Of a stretch of 64,000 nucleotides of DNA, positions 37,976-51,016 are shown piece by piece (position 1 is the stretch's first letter; each line of letters begins with the position of its first letter). Source of the stretch: Moniliella sp. 'wahieum' (lineage: Eukaryota); NCBI GenBank assembly GCA_003971905.1, contig RSEE01000001.1, positions 1,054,001 through 1,118,000 of the forward strand, given 5' to 3'. Both the position numbers and the translations under genes were made by a program. The notes under the pieces were generated by a model. It was given only the letters and a program-made list of their open reading frames with translations. It was not told the DNA's origin and did not search any database.

Positions 37976-40389
37976 ATGGACGCTCTCGACCCCAGCGGCG
38001 CGGGCATGCAAGCCGCAGCCGAAGCCAGTTTGTTCGACACGGATGCTGAATCGGACGTCGGATCGGACGAGGGTGCACGGATGCCTTCCAGGTCCAAGCG
38101 CCTACTCCCAAGACGGCCTCGTCGCCGCCCGTTGCGCTGGGGGAAACCTCGATTGCTCGACTCACATGTCTTCCCCTCCACCGCTTCACCTGCTTCTACA
38201 AGTACACCTTCTCCCCCCCTTACCCCCAACACAACACAACGTACCCGCACCCGCACCCGCACCCGCACCCGCCGTCAGAGCCATAAACTCACCCGCCCCC
38301 ATCGCCTGGTATCGACACTCCTGTTCTGGGGGCTGACAGCGCCTCTGCCTCTACTGCATTGGCTACCCTGCTCGCAAATTCTCCTGTACCATATCCTGTG
38401 ACAGAACCTGTTGCAGAGTGTATCCCATCTGCGGAACAGGGTTCTGCCGATTTCCCTGTCACTGAGGGGGCTATCGACTCGGATCCCCCTAATGTCACTA
38501 GCGCAGGGACAGAGGACAGGGATGATAACGTGCTTGCATCTGCTGCTACGCCAAGAGACAACAGTGATCCAGCCATTATTCCTGCCCCATCCGAACCTGA
38601 GATGGACTCTGTCTCCACCTCTGCTCAACCCGGTATTCAGCCCGAGGGGAAAGTCACTTCCAGCCCACAGAGCCAGGCCATCGGCTCATCCGAGCGCGAC
38701 ATCTTATGTTCGCTTGCGCCTGACGATGAGCCGGTAGATTGGGAATTTTGGGGTGAGGCAATGATCGGTACGTGCGGCGTGACCCCCGGCGCCCCAGAGC
38801 GCCAATGACTAACCTCGTACAGACTACCAAGCCACTGCGCGGGAACAAAGTGAGAAACTGGCTGCCGCCATCCGAGCTGGCATTCCTCCCACACGGGGAG
38901 CGATGTGGCAATTGATGAGCGGAGCAAGAGCGCAACGTTGGAAGAGACTTATGCATCGTATTTGCACCAGGACAGTGCTCACGACAAGGCTCAAACGTGA
39001 CCTGTTGCGCACCTACCCTGACCAACCGTACTTCCGTCCCGGCTCGCAAGGCCAGAGGAACTGTTCAATGTGGTCAAGTATGCGATCTTGGACCCCGACG
39101 TGGGCTATTGCCAGGGGATGCAGTTCATTGTCGGTCTTTTGCTCATATGCCAGACGAGGAGGCGTTCAGTACCTGGTCCAGTTGATGCGCAAGTACGATT
39201 TGCGCGGTCACTTTTCTACCGGAATGCCTCTTTTGCAGCTGCGTCTGTACCAGTTTACTCGTCTGTTGAAGACTCCCGCGCCTACACGCACCTGAGCCGG
39301 CAAGGGGTCAAGCCCAGCATGTACGCCTCCCCCTGGATCATGACTCTGTTCTGCTACAGGTTCCCCATCGAGGCGGCCTATCGCGTTCTCGACACCGTCT
39401 TTGCCGAGGGCGTCGACTCCATTTTCCGCTTTGCGCTGCTGCTGATGGAGAAGAATGAAAGTGCGTTGCTCAAACTTGACTTTGAAGGTGCTGCGCTCTT
39501 TCTCAAGGAGCGGGTGCTGGACGTGTACCGTCCCTCCCCCGTCACTGTTGATCGTTCAGAAGACAAACGGGGCCCGGTGCAGCAGAACAAAGGCCAATTT
39601 TTCACTTCGCGCTTCTTTGCCGACTCTGCCAGTGTGGCAGCGAAGATTGGGACAGAGAAGTTGGATCTGTACGCACGCGAATACGCAGCGCAGGCAGCGC
39701 AGGCTTCGGCGCCATTGGAAGAGATGGAACAGCTGCGGAAATCAACGTGGAATTTGGCGGCACATGTGAAAGTTGGAGCAAGATGCCAAATCGCAAGAGG
39801 CTGCTCATGTCGAGTTGATGAAGCAAGTCGTTGCTGCTACTCTTGCAAAGGACGAGGTGGCCGAACAATTGGCACAGTACAAGACGATGTACGCCGAGGC
39901 CACCTTGGCCAAAGAACGAGCCATCCGCTCCCTAGAGGAGGCAGAGGAAGAAGAAGGGCGCGCCGCTAGCCCAGCCTTATCTGCATCTCACCTCGATCCC
40001 CCATCCCATTCGTCCCCTTTTCGCGGAAAAGCCCTCTATCCCTTCTCCGGTGGGGATGGCTCATTCTGTATCGGCCAAGGTTGCTTCATGGGGACGGTGG
40101 ATGTCCCGGGGGCGCTCCTCTCGTCAGGGAGAGGTGGAGCCAGAACAGGAGAATCCCGCTCCCGAATTGGCCCCCGGGTGGAGGAGAGGATGCTATTGAA
40201 CCAAGGGCGGTTGAGAAAGGTGTGAATTCTCACGCTGTGCCCGTCGAAGGCAGAGATGCCAATGGCGACTCGGATGAATGCACGAAAGGAGGTTGGATGG
40301 GCTCTTCGGAAAGGGGGCCCAGTGACGTGGCGCATCTGCCAATCAAGGAGGATGGGACGGCAGTGGGGATGTGGCCCAGTCCCTTCTGA
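37976..40389 (+). CDS. TBC-domain Rab GTPase-activating protein (Gyp5/EVI5-like); intron near 38768-38822, frameshifted
   Basis: 'DWEFWG', 'LKRDLLRTYP', 'VGYCQGMQFIVGLLL', 'MYASPWIMTLFCYRFP', followed by a coiled-coil-like region. Confidence 0.85.
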
Positions 40390-41062
40390 AGGGATCGGTG
40401 GCGGACGCGCCGCTCACAGCCAACCATGGTGTGAAGATCGACCCCGGTGCTGACTCGCCTTCGTCTGTCCGCGCGGAAGACGCTGGAACTGATGGTGCTG
40501 CAATGGATGGCACCACAGGCCAGCTGTAAGGCGGAGGCAGCTGCGCCGTTGAGCAAGCCTGTCTGCGTTTTCGGCTAGGAACGACGGTTAGCTATGCGTG
40601 CTGCCCGCGTACACTAGCTTGCGGGTACAGGTCATGCCTCGTCTCCACGCACCCATCCTATCCGGCCATCAACCATCCATCTCGCGTGCTGGCCGAGAAG
40701 ACGCGGACGGGTGTCATTTACTCGATGCACGCCCAAATGCAGGGCCGGTAGGGTTGCTCAGCTCGGCGCAGGGGCAGTGTGGACTGGGCGGGCGCACTGC
40801 AAGGGCATGCTGGGCAGCCAGGTTAGTTAGTTGCACGGACCAGCAGCAATGCGTGGCAGGCCGCCCAGACAGCCCAGACAGGCCAGGCCAGGCCCAGCCA
40901 CTTCGCTTGTGTGCGCACCAGCGCAGTATCCCCGCCGGCCCGACACTGCACCCGTGCTGTGCGCATGCCGTTCAAACGCACCGCTCCATACGCCAACATC
41001 CCAGCCGCCACCACCACCCCCTTGCCTTTCTCGCCGTGCTCGCATCCTGCGCCCTCTCGGCC

Positions 41063-42065
41063 ATGCCGCCAATCTCCTCCACCCACCCATCCCAGGTCCC
41101 CGCCGACCCCATCCTCTACTCCTTCCCCACCAAGGACGACTTGTCCAAGTGCCTCGCTGAGTTTGTCATCAAGGTACGTGCCCTCGTAGCTCCATGCCAT
41201 CCCCAATACTCCGTCCTGCGTCCCTGCTGCTATGCAGCTCGCTTACCCGTTTCGCCCTCCTTCTCCCCTCGTAACAGGCCCAAGATGAAGCCATTGCCCG
41301 CCGCAACAAATTCACCCTCGCTACTTCGGGTGGCAGCCTCCCGGCCATGCTAGCCAAGCACCTGATTGACCGCACTGACAATCGTCTGCGCTGGGACAAA
41401 TGGTACGCTCCCCTTCCGCCCACCGACCTTCGCTCCTCATTTTGACTGGTCCCCACTGACATTATCTGTGGTATACTAGGGACATTTGGTTCTGTGATGA
41501 GCGTCTCGTGCCACTCGACGACAAGGAGTCCAACTTTTGGCTGTGCAACGAAGAGTTCTTTTCCAAGGTCCCCGAGCTCAAGCGTTCGCAGATCCACACC
41601 ATTGACGAGACCCAGCTGAACGATGCCGAGGAGGTGGCGGATGCGTATGAGAAAGAGCTGGTCCAAGCCTTTGCAGGAAAATCGTCGGTTCGCCACCCAG
41701 TGTTTGACCTGATTCTGCTTGGCATGGGTCCCGATGGCCACACAGCCTCGCTCTTCCCGCACCACGAGCTTCTTACTGAGACGGACCGTTGGGTAGCGCC
41801 CATTGAAGACGCACCCAAACCCCCTCCGCGGCGGGTGACGTTTACCTACCCTGTTCTCAACCATGCCCACCGCGTCGCCTTTGTTTTGGCTGGCGAGGGC
41901 AAACAGGAACTCTTGTCTAAGACGCTCGATCATCCGGAAGAGGGTCTTCCCGCTTCGCGGGTCCGACCCGTGCCCCCTGGCGACATCTACTTCTTTACTG
42001 ATGAGGCTGCGTCTGCTAAGGTGCAGTACTCTCGGTCGGAGTTCAAGCTGCACCCTCTCCCGTGA
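41063..42065 (+). CDS. 6-phosphogluconolactonase (Sol family); two introns (~41174-41277 and ~41403-41480)
   Basis: '[11 protein letters not shown]', '[13 protein letters not shown]', '[19 protein letters not shown]', '[18 protein letters not shown]'. Confidence 0.93.
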
Positions 42066-43748
42066 CGCGTGGATGTCGAACCCACTTGCCTGATCTAGTG
42101 ACTGGAGTGTGGCAGTGATACCGTGAAGCTGCGGCTCCCGCGGCCTGGTTTGACTTATAAACGGCCAAGACGGTATGTTACAACAAAGGTTACCCTTTCT
42201 TCCTCCTCTTTTCCTCGCTCGTACCCAGTTTGAAGGACCTCTGCCATTATGCCGTCACACAGCTCTGTCGGGAATGCACGTTGTTTTTTGTAGCTCGTTT
42301 TGGTTATATCCCCAATCGGTCGGCACTTGTGCCGTCGCAGCAGAGTTCATAGACAGGAAGGGTTGGTTCAGAAACTTAATTCACTACGATCGGCATAGCG
42401 ACACTGGGAACAATGCCAAGGAGAATTGCAGGGGCTAACGCTAAACCACTCTACTTTTCAAGGCTTGCCACGTATATATCTCGGCAGAGATGCTTCACGC
42501 TGAAAGGTTCTACCCAACCGAAATGCTAAGGGATGCTTTCGTACAGGTAGCACTACGGCTTTGAAAAAAGTAGTGTCAACGCAACATTTAGAGACGAGGG
42601 GGGGGGGGGGTTACAACAGAGGAAACATAAATTGCTGGTTGTGGTTTTGCGAGCAAGAGGTTATGCAATAGACGGGTTCGCGCCCTCCTTCTGTCCTCGC
42701 GTCCGCTTAAACGGGAGGTTCTCGTCCATCATGCGTATGTGGCCGCTTGTGATCATGTGATGTCAACACGCGACGTTGTCATGTTGGTACTAGGGCTTGT
42801 TGTTGCGTCTGGCGCTCAAGTGCGAGTCACTGAGGCTAGTGAGCAGTCAGCTAGTCAACGCCGAGCTCAGCCCAGTTGCTTTCCCAAAATGATGCGCGGT
42901 TGTTGTGGGACAGGGGCCTCTGTCCGTCGAGACCGCGGAGGCGAGGTAAACGTGTAAACTGTGGTGGCGCTTAATATGCAATCGGCAATGGAAAATCCCG
43001 ACGACGATGTGTTACATGTTGCATGCATTGCACTCTCCGCGTTTTGTCGCGCGCGACAAGTGTGAAGCTTGAGACGCTTGAAGCTTGAAGAGCAAAGTGC
43101 GAAAAGCATCCTGTCGAATGATTCATGATCGATTGATGGGGATCGATTCATATGGACTGTCCCAGGGGCATGGAGCGCGCGCGCCCCTGGGGCCCAGCTG
43201 GACCTGAGGGTATTGTGATGGGCTGCTGTGGGAATTGGACTGGGGAAAGGCCGGGAACAAGGCTGTGTTGGTGGGAACAGGCCACTAGAAATGGTTTGCT
43301 GTCTGCTGACGCGCTCTGCCACGCTTCGGCCTGCTGTGGCCTGGCGCTGCCTGCCCCGCCTGTCCAAACGCCGGCGTCCGACCAGCGAGATTCAAGACTG
43401 CAGCTTGAAACTGCAAGCGTGCAGCTTGAAGCTGGACGCGTGACGCATAACATACGACGCGTGACGATGGACGCTTGAAGATGAGCCACTGGGCCACTGC
43501 CACGATCGGCACGCCAGGGTTCGGCCCTGAGCGTGCCAGCGCAGGCTGCCCCAGTGCGGGGCTCTCGGCCTCAGCGCGCCACTGACTCAGTCATTAATGG
43601 GGCAACTGTCTTGCGCCCTGGCTAGAAATAGCCCCACTCGCGTCCGACCGCCAGCAGCTTTGCCTGGCGGCGCTCCACATCTTCTTAAAGCTCTGCACCT
43701 CCAACACCACCCCCTTCAACGTAATCCCCCCCCATCTACCGTCCAGCG

Positions 43749-45052
43749 ATGAACGGGACAACGACCATGGCGCCCGTGGAGGCCTTGCCATTGCTGCCCA
43801 AAGTCTTGCGTCTTGCCGACTGGCTTCTCCCTCCCCTTCCTGCTACGCATCCCCTCGCCACGGCCCACTTGGCACCCAAAGAGGTCGCGTATCCTTTCTA
43901 CCACGTGGCGCGCGACAGTCTATGGCCTGGGTTGAGCGACAAGTACCTCGCTCTCGCCGCGCCGGTGGTGGTCTACTGGGTGTTGAGCATGGTGTACGAT
44001 GTGGTGGACCGCATGCAGTGGCCGGTTTTCGAGCGCTACCGTATCCATGAGCCGGAGGAGGTCAAGGCACGGAACCAAGTGTCCAAAACCCAAGTGGTCA
44101 AGATGGTTGCCATCCAACAAATTATTCAAACTGCCCTCGGCATCCTTGTTCTCGAGCCGGACGAAGTGATTCATGCCCAAGTCGCCTCGGACCATCGGAG
44201 CGGCATTGCGCATGTGGGTAGCTACCTCATCCGCTTTTTGGTCGCTGCCTTGCTCCGGAGTCGGCTGCCTGGGTGCTGCAAGAGTACGGGGTACAGGTGG
44301 CTGCCTGGTTGTACTGGTGGGGCATCCCGTTGGCCCAGTATTGGTGGGCCTTCTTTGTCATGGACACCTGGCAATACGGACTGCATCGTCTCGTGCACGA
44401 GTCGCGCTTCCTCTACAAGCATTTCCACAGTCATCACCACCGCCTTTACGTTCCTTATGCCTTTGGTGCGCTCTATAACCATCCCGTGGAGGGCTTGCTC
44501 CTTGACAGCTTCGGTGCTGCCTTGTCGTACGCGTTGAGCATCATGACCGTTCGCCAGAGCATTGCCCTCTTTGCGTTTGCCACTCTCAAGACTGTGGACG
44601 ACCATGGCGGATACGCGTTCCCTTGGTGGATTGACCCGTTGCACATTGTCTTCCCCACACGGCCGAGTACCACGATATTCACCACCAAATGCAGGGTCTG
44701 CGGTTCAACTACTCGCAGCCTTTCTTTGTTCATTGGGATGCGATTCTCGGCACCCGCATGGACAGTGAGCGTCTGGCCAAGCTGCGCGAGCATGCGGCCA
44801 AAGACTTGGAAGTCGGGAAAGAAGGAGGTGCTGGCCGAACAGGCCCAAGACCCCTCCGAGTCCGTCTCCACTGCCACGCCCCGCTCCGAAAATGGAGCTG
44901 CGCAAACGCAATCCATCTGCGGCCCTTTAGCTGCTGGCCTTGCGTCCACTCTACGACATGCTCACGCACCCCCATCATCGTTGCCCGCGCCCCTTATGAC
45001 CCACTCAGGCCCCTTCCTTTGCTCATCGTTTGCCTTTCATTTACTGTTCTAG
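43749..45052 (+). CDS. SUR2: Sphinganine C4-hydroxylase (fatty acid hydroxylase superfamily); frameshifted, end approximate
   Basis: 'LALAAPVVVYW', 'YRIHEPEEV..RN', 'DTWQYGLHRLVH', 'HSHHHRLYVPYAFGALYNHPVEG', 'KTVDDHGGY', 'NYSQPFF'. Confidence 0.92.
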
Positions 45053-45188
45053 CTCCTTTGCCTTAGCGGTCTTAGTTGAAGCTCCACATGCGAACTACTC
45101 TGGTTCTTAATCGTGCATTTTGACATAACCCTCGTTTGTTGCTCGGTAACATAGCAACCGACCGAGAATACCATTCAGTTGAATGAGG

Positions 45189-47359
45189 TTATTGCTGCAC
45201 ATCTTGTTCGCCACTGTACGGCGAAAGCTGTTCTTGGGCCTGTTGCCAAGTGAGCGTAGCGTCGGTCAAGCCCTTGATCACACGCACCACCTCCTCAATG
45301 GGTCCAATCAACTGCTGCGTCGAGTCCCGCTCACGCAGTGTCATTGTGCCCTTCTCGAGCGAGGCAAAGTCGATGGTGCAAGCAAAGGGCGTGCCTAGCT
45401 CATCGTTGCGGGCATAGCGCCGGCCAATGGTGGTGTTGCTATCGTCGATCCGGCTCGCCACACCGGCTGCTCGGAGTTGGCGTGCCACCTCCCGCGTGAG
45501 AGGTTGGAACTGTTCCTTGGACGAAATGGGAACGACCAGCGCTTTGATTGGGGCCACAAGCGGGGGAGGCTCAGTACGCCACGTTGAGCATCCTCTCGCG
45601 TCCAAAACGAATGCTCCAGCAGCGCATAAAAGATGCGCCCAATCCCAAACGAGGGCTCAATCACATTGGGCGTGTAGGTGCGGGTGTGTTGCTTGACCGT
45701 CTGTACCTCAACAGAGATCAAGCCAGTGAGCGTATACTCCACGCCATCTATAACACGCTCGCCTGGTCCGTTTTGAGGGCTTCGTAAAGGCGTGCTAGTT
45801 CCTTTTGGTCAAGGGTGAGAAGGTGCTTTTCGACGGGTTTGGCCATGTACTTCAGTGTGAGCCCAAGTTGCTTTTTGTGCAAGACCAGAACATATTGTTC
45901 GAATTCCATGGGTTCCGGTAAACGCTCGTGCACCGACAGGTCCTTTTTGGTCCGCTTGGCATGTACCGTAAGATCGTACGCACTGCGGTCGGCACACCCA
46001 CACATTCAATCCACCCATACGATGTGTGAATCTCCGCATCCCAACAGTCTGACGCATAGTGCGCCATTCATTGGCCAAGTGCTGCCGGAACCGGATACGC
46101 GCTGGGTCGAGCCCCACTTTGGCAAGATAAAGCCAGATGCGAGCAATAAGTAGCCCAACGTCTCATTGTCGCACATGCCACTTTCCACCGCTTCCCCCAC
46201 AGTGGTATAGGTCACTTCCGTTTTGCCCGCTTCCTGCACCTGCTTGGGAAGCCAAGGGATAACCACGTCTCTCACCTCATCAAACCGCGGGTGTCGCTTG
46301 TTGCTCGGATCGACAAAGTGCTCAACTTCGGCCATGACAAATTCGCGCACTCGGAGCAGCCCCGATCGAGGAGAGATCTCATTGCGGAAGGCCTTTCCGA
46401 CGTGGGCACTGGCAAAGGGGAGTTTGCCATTGTTAAACTCGAGCAGACGAGCAAAGTTGACAAAATGTCCCTGGGCAGTCTCGGGACGAAGGTAGCCGAG
46501 TTGGGTGCCTTTGGGGCCAATCTCGGTTTGGAACATGAGGTTGAACGCGACTGGGTCGCTCACCTCGTTCCCGGTGTCCGGTGCGCGGATATCGTGCATG
46601 TGGAGCAGTCGGCTAGCTCGGGGCCCGTGTAGCTGTCAAGCCAGCCAGAATCGCTTCGTACTCTTCTTTGGTCCTATTTGACAGCTTAATCGGTTTCCCT
46701 TTTTCTTCCGCTTGGAGGCAGAAACGGAAGAAGAGTCAGGATCGCGCTCAAGCGCGCGGGCCTCCTGATCAGACGCAGTCGCGCCTCCAGCACCGTCTTC
46801 AGTAGGTGGTCCGCTCGGAAAATATCCCCCGTGATCACGTCATGACACATGTGGTCGGTAAACTTGTCGACATGGCCGGACGTCTTGAGCACCTCATCAA
46901 GAGTCATAATGGTCGGATCCAATTCAAGCATGTCCCCTCCAGGATAAAGTGTTTCCTCCATTCCGAGATCAGGTTGGCCTGAAGTGCAGCACCCGTTGGA
47001 CCAAGGTCATAGAGCCCAGCCACACCTGTGCTCTATCAGTAAATGAACCCAGGCGAGACAGTGGAGAAAGAGGGGCAGGGACGTACCTCCATAGATCTCG
47101 AAGGAAGGGTTGTAGAAAAATCGACTGGTGATTATCCTCTCCAGATGAGATCGGTCTAATACAGTCGGCTTACTCGCCTGCGTTGCGGATGGAGGTGGAG
47201 GCTTGGCAGACGGCAGATAGACTGGGGCGGATGATTGGAAGGAGCGGATGGCGAGGCAAGGGAGGCGGCAGGACGATGCGGGGAACACACGGTGGAACAA
47301 AATCCGTTGGATGCCAATCCCACATATGGCCGGCAGAGGCGCGCTGGTAGCCGCAGCAT
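45189..47359 (-). CDS. GRS1: Glycyl-tRNA synthetase (eukaryotic alpha2 type) with a mitochondrial-type presequence; intron 47026-47086, frameshifted
   Basis: '[18 protein letters not shown]', 'SGHVDKFTD', 'FNLMF', '[11 protein letters not shown]', '[17 protein letters not shown]', '[12 protein letters not shown]', '[11 protein letters not shown]', '[12 protein letters not shown]'. Confidence 0.95.
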
Positions 47360-47521
47360 GACGAGCACGGGGTGGCGAAGACCAAAGGGGGGGGGGTAGA
47401 GGCGGGAAGTCAGATCCGATGCGGAACAAGTGCCTGTTGAGAAGGTGGCAACAGCCGGTGGAATTGGGGAGACACGGTTACCGGTTATGCGAAATGTTTC
47501 AAACTGCGGGTGCTGAGCCAT

Positions 47522-47722
47522 CGGGTGGCTCGTGCTTTGGCCAATGTCCCTTCAGTTCCTCCTGCCTGGGAGTTCCGTTGTTTTCTCTCTCTTGTTTTTC
47601 CTGTTCGCAACTTAGCCCCTGGTGGCGAGTCGCTGTTTGTTTTCCCTGTAGGCGTTGCTGTTTGGCTTAGACCACCACCACCAGTGCGATTGCATCACCC
47701 TCGAGGACCATCAGGACTCCAG
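47522..47722 (+). repeat. Dispersed ~200-bp diverged repeat, copy B
   Basis: Collinear similarity to 21903-22117. Confidence 0.75.
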
Positions 47723-48457
47723 GTCTCTATAATCAAGCTGGTTCGGCGTTCTAGGTGGTCTTCCATCGCCAGCAGTCCCGGCTTCTATCATTTGTTGGGC
47801 TGTATCCGACATTGACCTGGCAAGAGATAGGCGGGACAGCCCCTGCAGCAGGCAAGGTTTTGTGTTTTTCACTTTGATCGCCTTGGGTGCAGTTACGGCA
47901 CCTCTCTCTGTCTCGTTCATCCTTAGAATTGGATGCAATTGGGGTTTTGCCGCCGCCCTCTTCTTGACAACGGCCCAGGATGAGCTCCACGGCTGGTAAG
48001 CAGCCCTTATAAGAGGAATCTGCACTTTGCGCGCTTAGCCGTACGTGAGTGGGGGGCTGAACGCCCGGAGCGGCCCCTCTGTCTTACCACAGTTATGGCA
48101 TCATTACTAACTCTGGCTTGACGTACTTTGTTGCATCTTCCGCCGGTCGCATGTTGAGCAACTCTCCGGACTCCCTTTGTTCCATGCATATCACTGCACG
48201 AAAACTGCTCGTCTATGAACTAAGTTGACATCCTCGCCTTTCGTTCCTCCCTTGCCTCACTCACGAGGCTCCCTTTTTCGGTGAATCTCTTTGCAATAAG
48301 AAAGTTTGTACAATACCATACACATACACGACTCTAGTCCTTGCTTCACGGTACCTGGTGCCACTCAGATGGACTGGTACCGCGTTCTGATGACCACCAA
48401 CTAGGCAGCATCGTTTTCTTTTGTTTCCTGCACTGAATGTTTCTGCAGGCAGCTCCG

Positions 48458-49529
48458 TCACACTTGCGACGCGTCTTGCCTCCCACCCGCGACCGCATCG
48501 TCCTGACCCTGCGAAGAGGAGAGGCGGGTGAAGGACCGAACTAAAAGCGGCTGCGAACGCGGTCGCGTTCTCCCGGGCTTCTGCTCTTCACCAACCCCTT
48601 TCTCGGACGGGGCAAATTCCCGCTGTGCACTCTCCGACGCAGCAGCCAACGCGGCTAGGTTAACGGCAGCATCGGAGGCCGGTGGAGCCGACGCGTCTGG
48701 CGCCGGACGAATTTTTGGGGGCCGCCCTCTCTTCTTGGGCACCTTGGGGGCGGCGGAGGACGGAATTTTGCGTGGACGCCCACTGGACGCTTGGGAGGTT
48801 GGTTGGGGTCAGGTGGAGAAATGGGTTTTCTCGGCCGGCCAGGTCCACGCTTGAGTGGCGCACCGGGCTGCCCGGTGGCAGCAGCGGCGACCGCCAGTGC
48901 ATACGATGCCGACTGGAGTGCCATCGATCCATCCTCCTCCGCCTGCGTTTCGGGAGGGGTGCCATACACACAGAAAGTTCAGGGTGACGCGTGAACAAAC
49001 TCTCCACCCATAAAGCCGACTCGACAAAACGGAGGTTTTCGGGCTCCCCACGTGCCATCAGGAAGAGCCAGCCCGAGGTCCGGATGGTGTCCATCACTGC
49101 GGCCGTGTGAGACTGAAGGACGGGGCGGGTACGGGTACGGGCGTGACGGCGCTTGAGCAACGTTGCCAACGCCGTGTCCTCCCCGGGTAGCAGGGGCCAG
49201 CTGGGCATTGTCGCCAAATCCTCCAGAGGAGGGGAAAGGGCGTTGTGATGCGTCTGGGCCGCCTGGGCCGCCTGAGCAGCGGCTACAGCAGCAGCCGGTA
49301 GACGCAACATCGTCCTCGGGGGCGCGGAAGGAAGGCGTGGGTGTGCAGCGTGAGTGTAGAGGGGCGGGTCGTACGCGCCTGCGGGGTAAGGTTCGGCGGA
49401 GTCCCTCGGCACCGGCGGCACGGGGGGGACGGGGGGACGTGGTGTGGGGTTCGGGGTGTGTGGTGGGGAGGATGGGAGGTCAGGGTCTTCGGTCCAGAGG
49501 TGGGCGTCGGCAGGGTAGGTGGCGGCCAT
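48458..49529 (-). CDS. Hypothetical AT-hook DNA-binding protein; frameshifted
   Basis: Three AT-hook-like motifs: 'KRGPGRPRK', 'KRPVG(RP)RK' (needs a 1-nt correction) and 'KKRGRPPK'. Pro/Ala-rich N-terminus starting at ATG 49529. Confidence 0.6.
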
Positions 49530-51016
49530 GGTGGGCTCGGCAGGCGCGCTGGTGCAACAGTACAGGGAGCAGCTGCTGGCGTCGCCAAAATGGAAAACCA
49601 AAAGAAAAAAAATGCGGCGAAGCTGGCTTATGTCAGCACCTTGGGGTGGCCTGCGATTCGGAGGCGACCGGATGGGCAGCGCGGCGTGTAGGCACTGGCG
49701 GTGTCGCACACGCCAGGCAAGCGCTGTGCCTTGCGCCCCATGCTGCGTGCAATCTGCCCACTGCCCGTGTCACGCCTTTTCTCCCCCCACCACAGTACGG
49801 GTCACCAGGTGATTTCCCTTCTCTATTATGTCCACAACACCACTGACTGAAGACCCCATATTGCTCGCGGCCTCCTGGCCATTCGCGGAGCCTGCTTGAT
49901 CGCTAATATGTGGAACTTCCTGGATTCTGCCTAACCTCTACTGCCCCCCCACACTTACCTATACTCGCTCGGACCTAGTCTGAGTCTCTCACCTCTGAGT
50001 CTCTCACCGCTAAGTCTCTGACTTCTGACCGCGGCAAGTTTGTCGACTTTCCCAACATACTTGGAGCTTGTCGCTTGTGCATTTTGTTATGGTCAGATTC
50101 AAGACCGAGCTGAAGAGATTGGACGGTGACAATGAATCCCTCCTGTGGCCTGCTCAGTCTCATATATGCCGTATGCTTTGAATCTCATTCCATAGGCTTC
50201 GAGTGCACCCATGTCGTCTCGGCCCACGTGCTCATTACACTACTTAACTTAACCCCCCAGAACGTCCAATGGGTATGGCGGCTAGATGTCCCATTGCCCA
50301 CATCGATTTCACAAGCGGAAGGCGAGCCATGCAAACAAGACGCCCTGCCTTGATTGGACCGGGCCCCTGATTCACTTTTTCCGGGACCATTGAAGGGCCT
50401 CTTTTCGAGCTCCTAATGCTTGCAGTGTTTATTCGTTCGGCTTCGCCAACAGCGCCGTCGCTGTATATCATCCAACTCGCTGTTCCATGGGGCTTTTGGT
50501 TCCACAAGTCCCTTTAATGAGGGGGGTCCGCCGTATCTGTAGCTCAGTATGCCACATCGCCGCTCAGCCTCATCCTGCAATGATCCCACCCGCTCATCTG
50601 TCCTGCAGCATGCATCACCCACCCGCATGCACAAACCAGGATAATGTAGCCTGCACGCGGCTTCCTGTGCACTCATTCGTCACGGCGACCACATCTGGAC
50701 GTTGGGGGCTGTTGTTGGAGGTGCTCATTGGCACCTCGTGGTGATGCAGGACGGCTCGTCCGGCGTCTTCCGTGACGGATGGGAAAGAGAGTGGAGTGGG
50801 GAAGAGGCATCGCTCCGCGCTTTCTCTGGCGCAGATCGTAGCGACCAGTATCTCACATGTCACCCGTCACATTCATCACGCGTCCAGGCGGAATGAAAGC
50901 GTGAGCGTAATGAAATGAGGGGTTAGATTTAATCTTAGATCTTAGATACGGCTGGCACTTGTCACGCCGCGGACACCGCACCCGCTTCTTATCCATCACT
51001 GCCCGACACTGCACCA

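Noticed and set aside
42063..42098. Cryptic peroxisomal targeting of 6PGL by stop-codon readthrough
   Set aside because: The stop context is TGA CGC, not TGA CTA, and the extension (RVDVEPTCLI*) is not a PTS1.
49953..49960. ACTTACCT as the 5' end of U1 snRNA
   Set aside because: No U1 stem-loops or Sm site follow. It is better read as a - strand splice donor.
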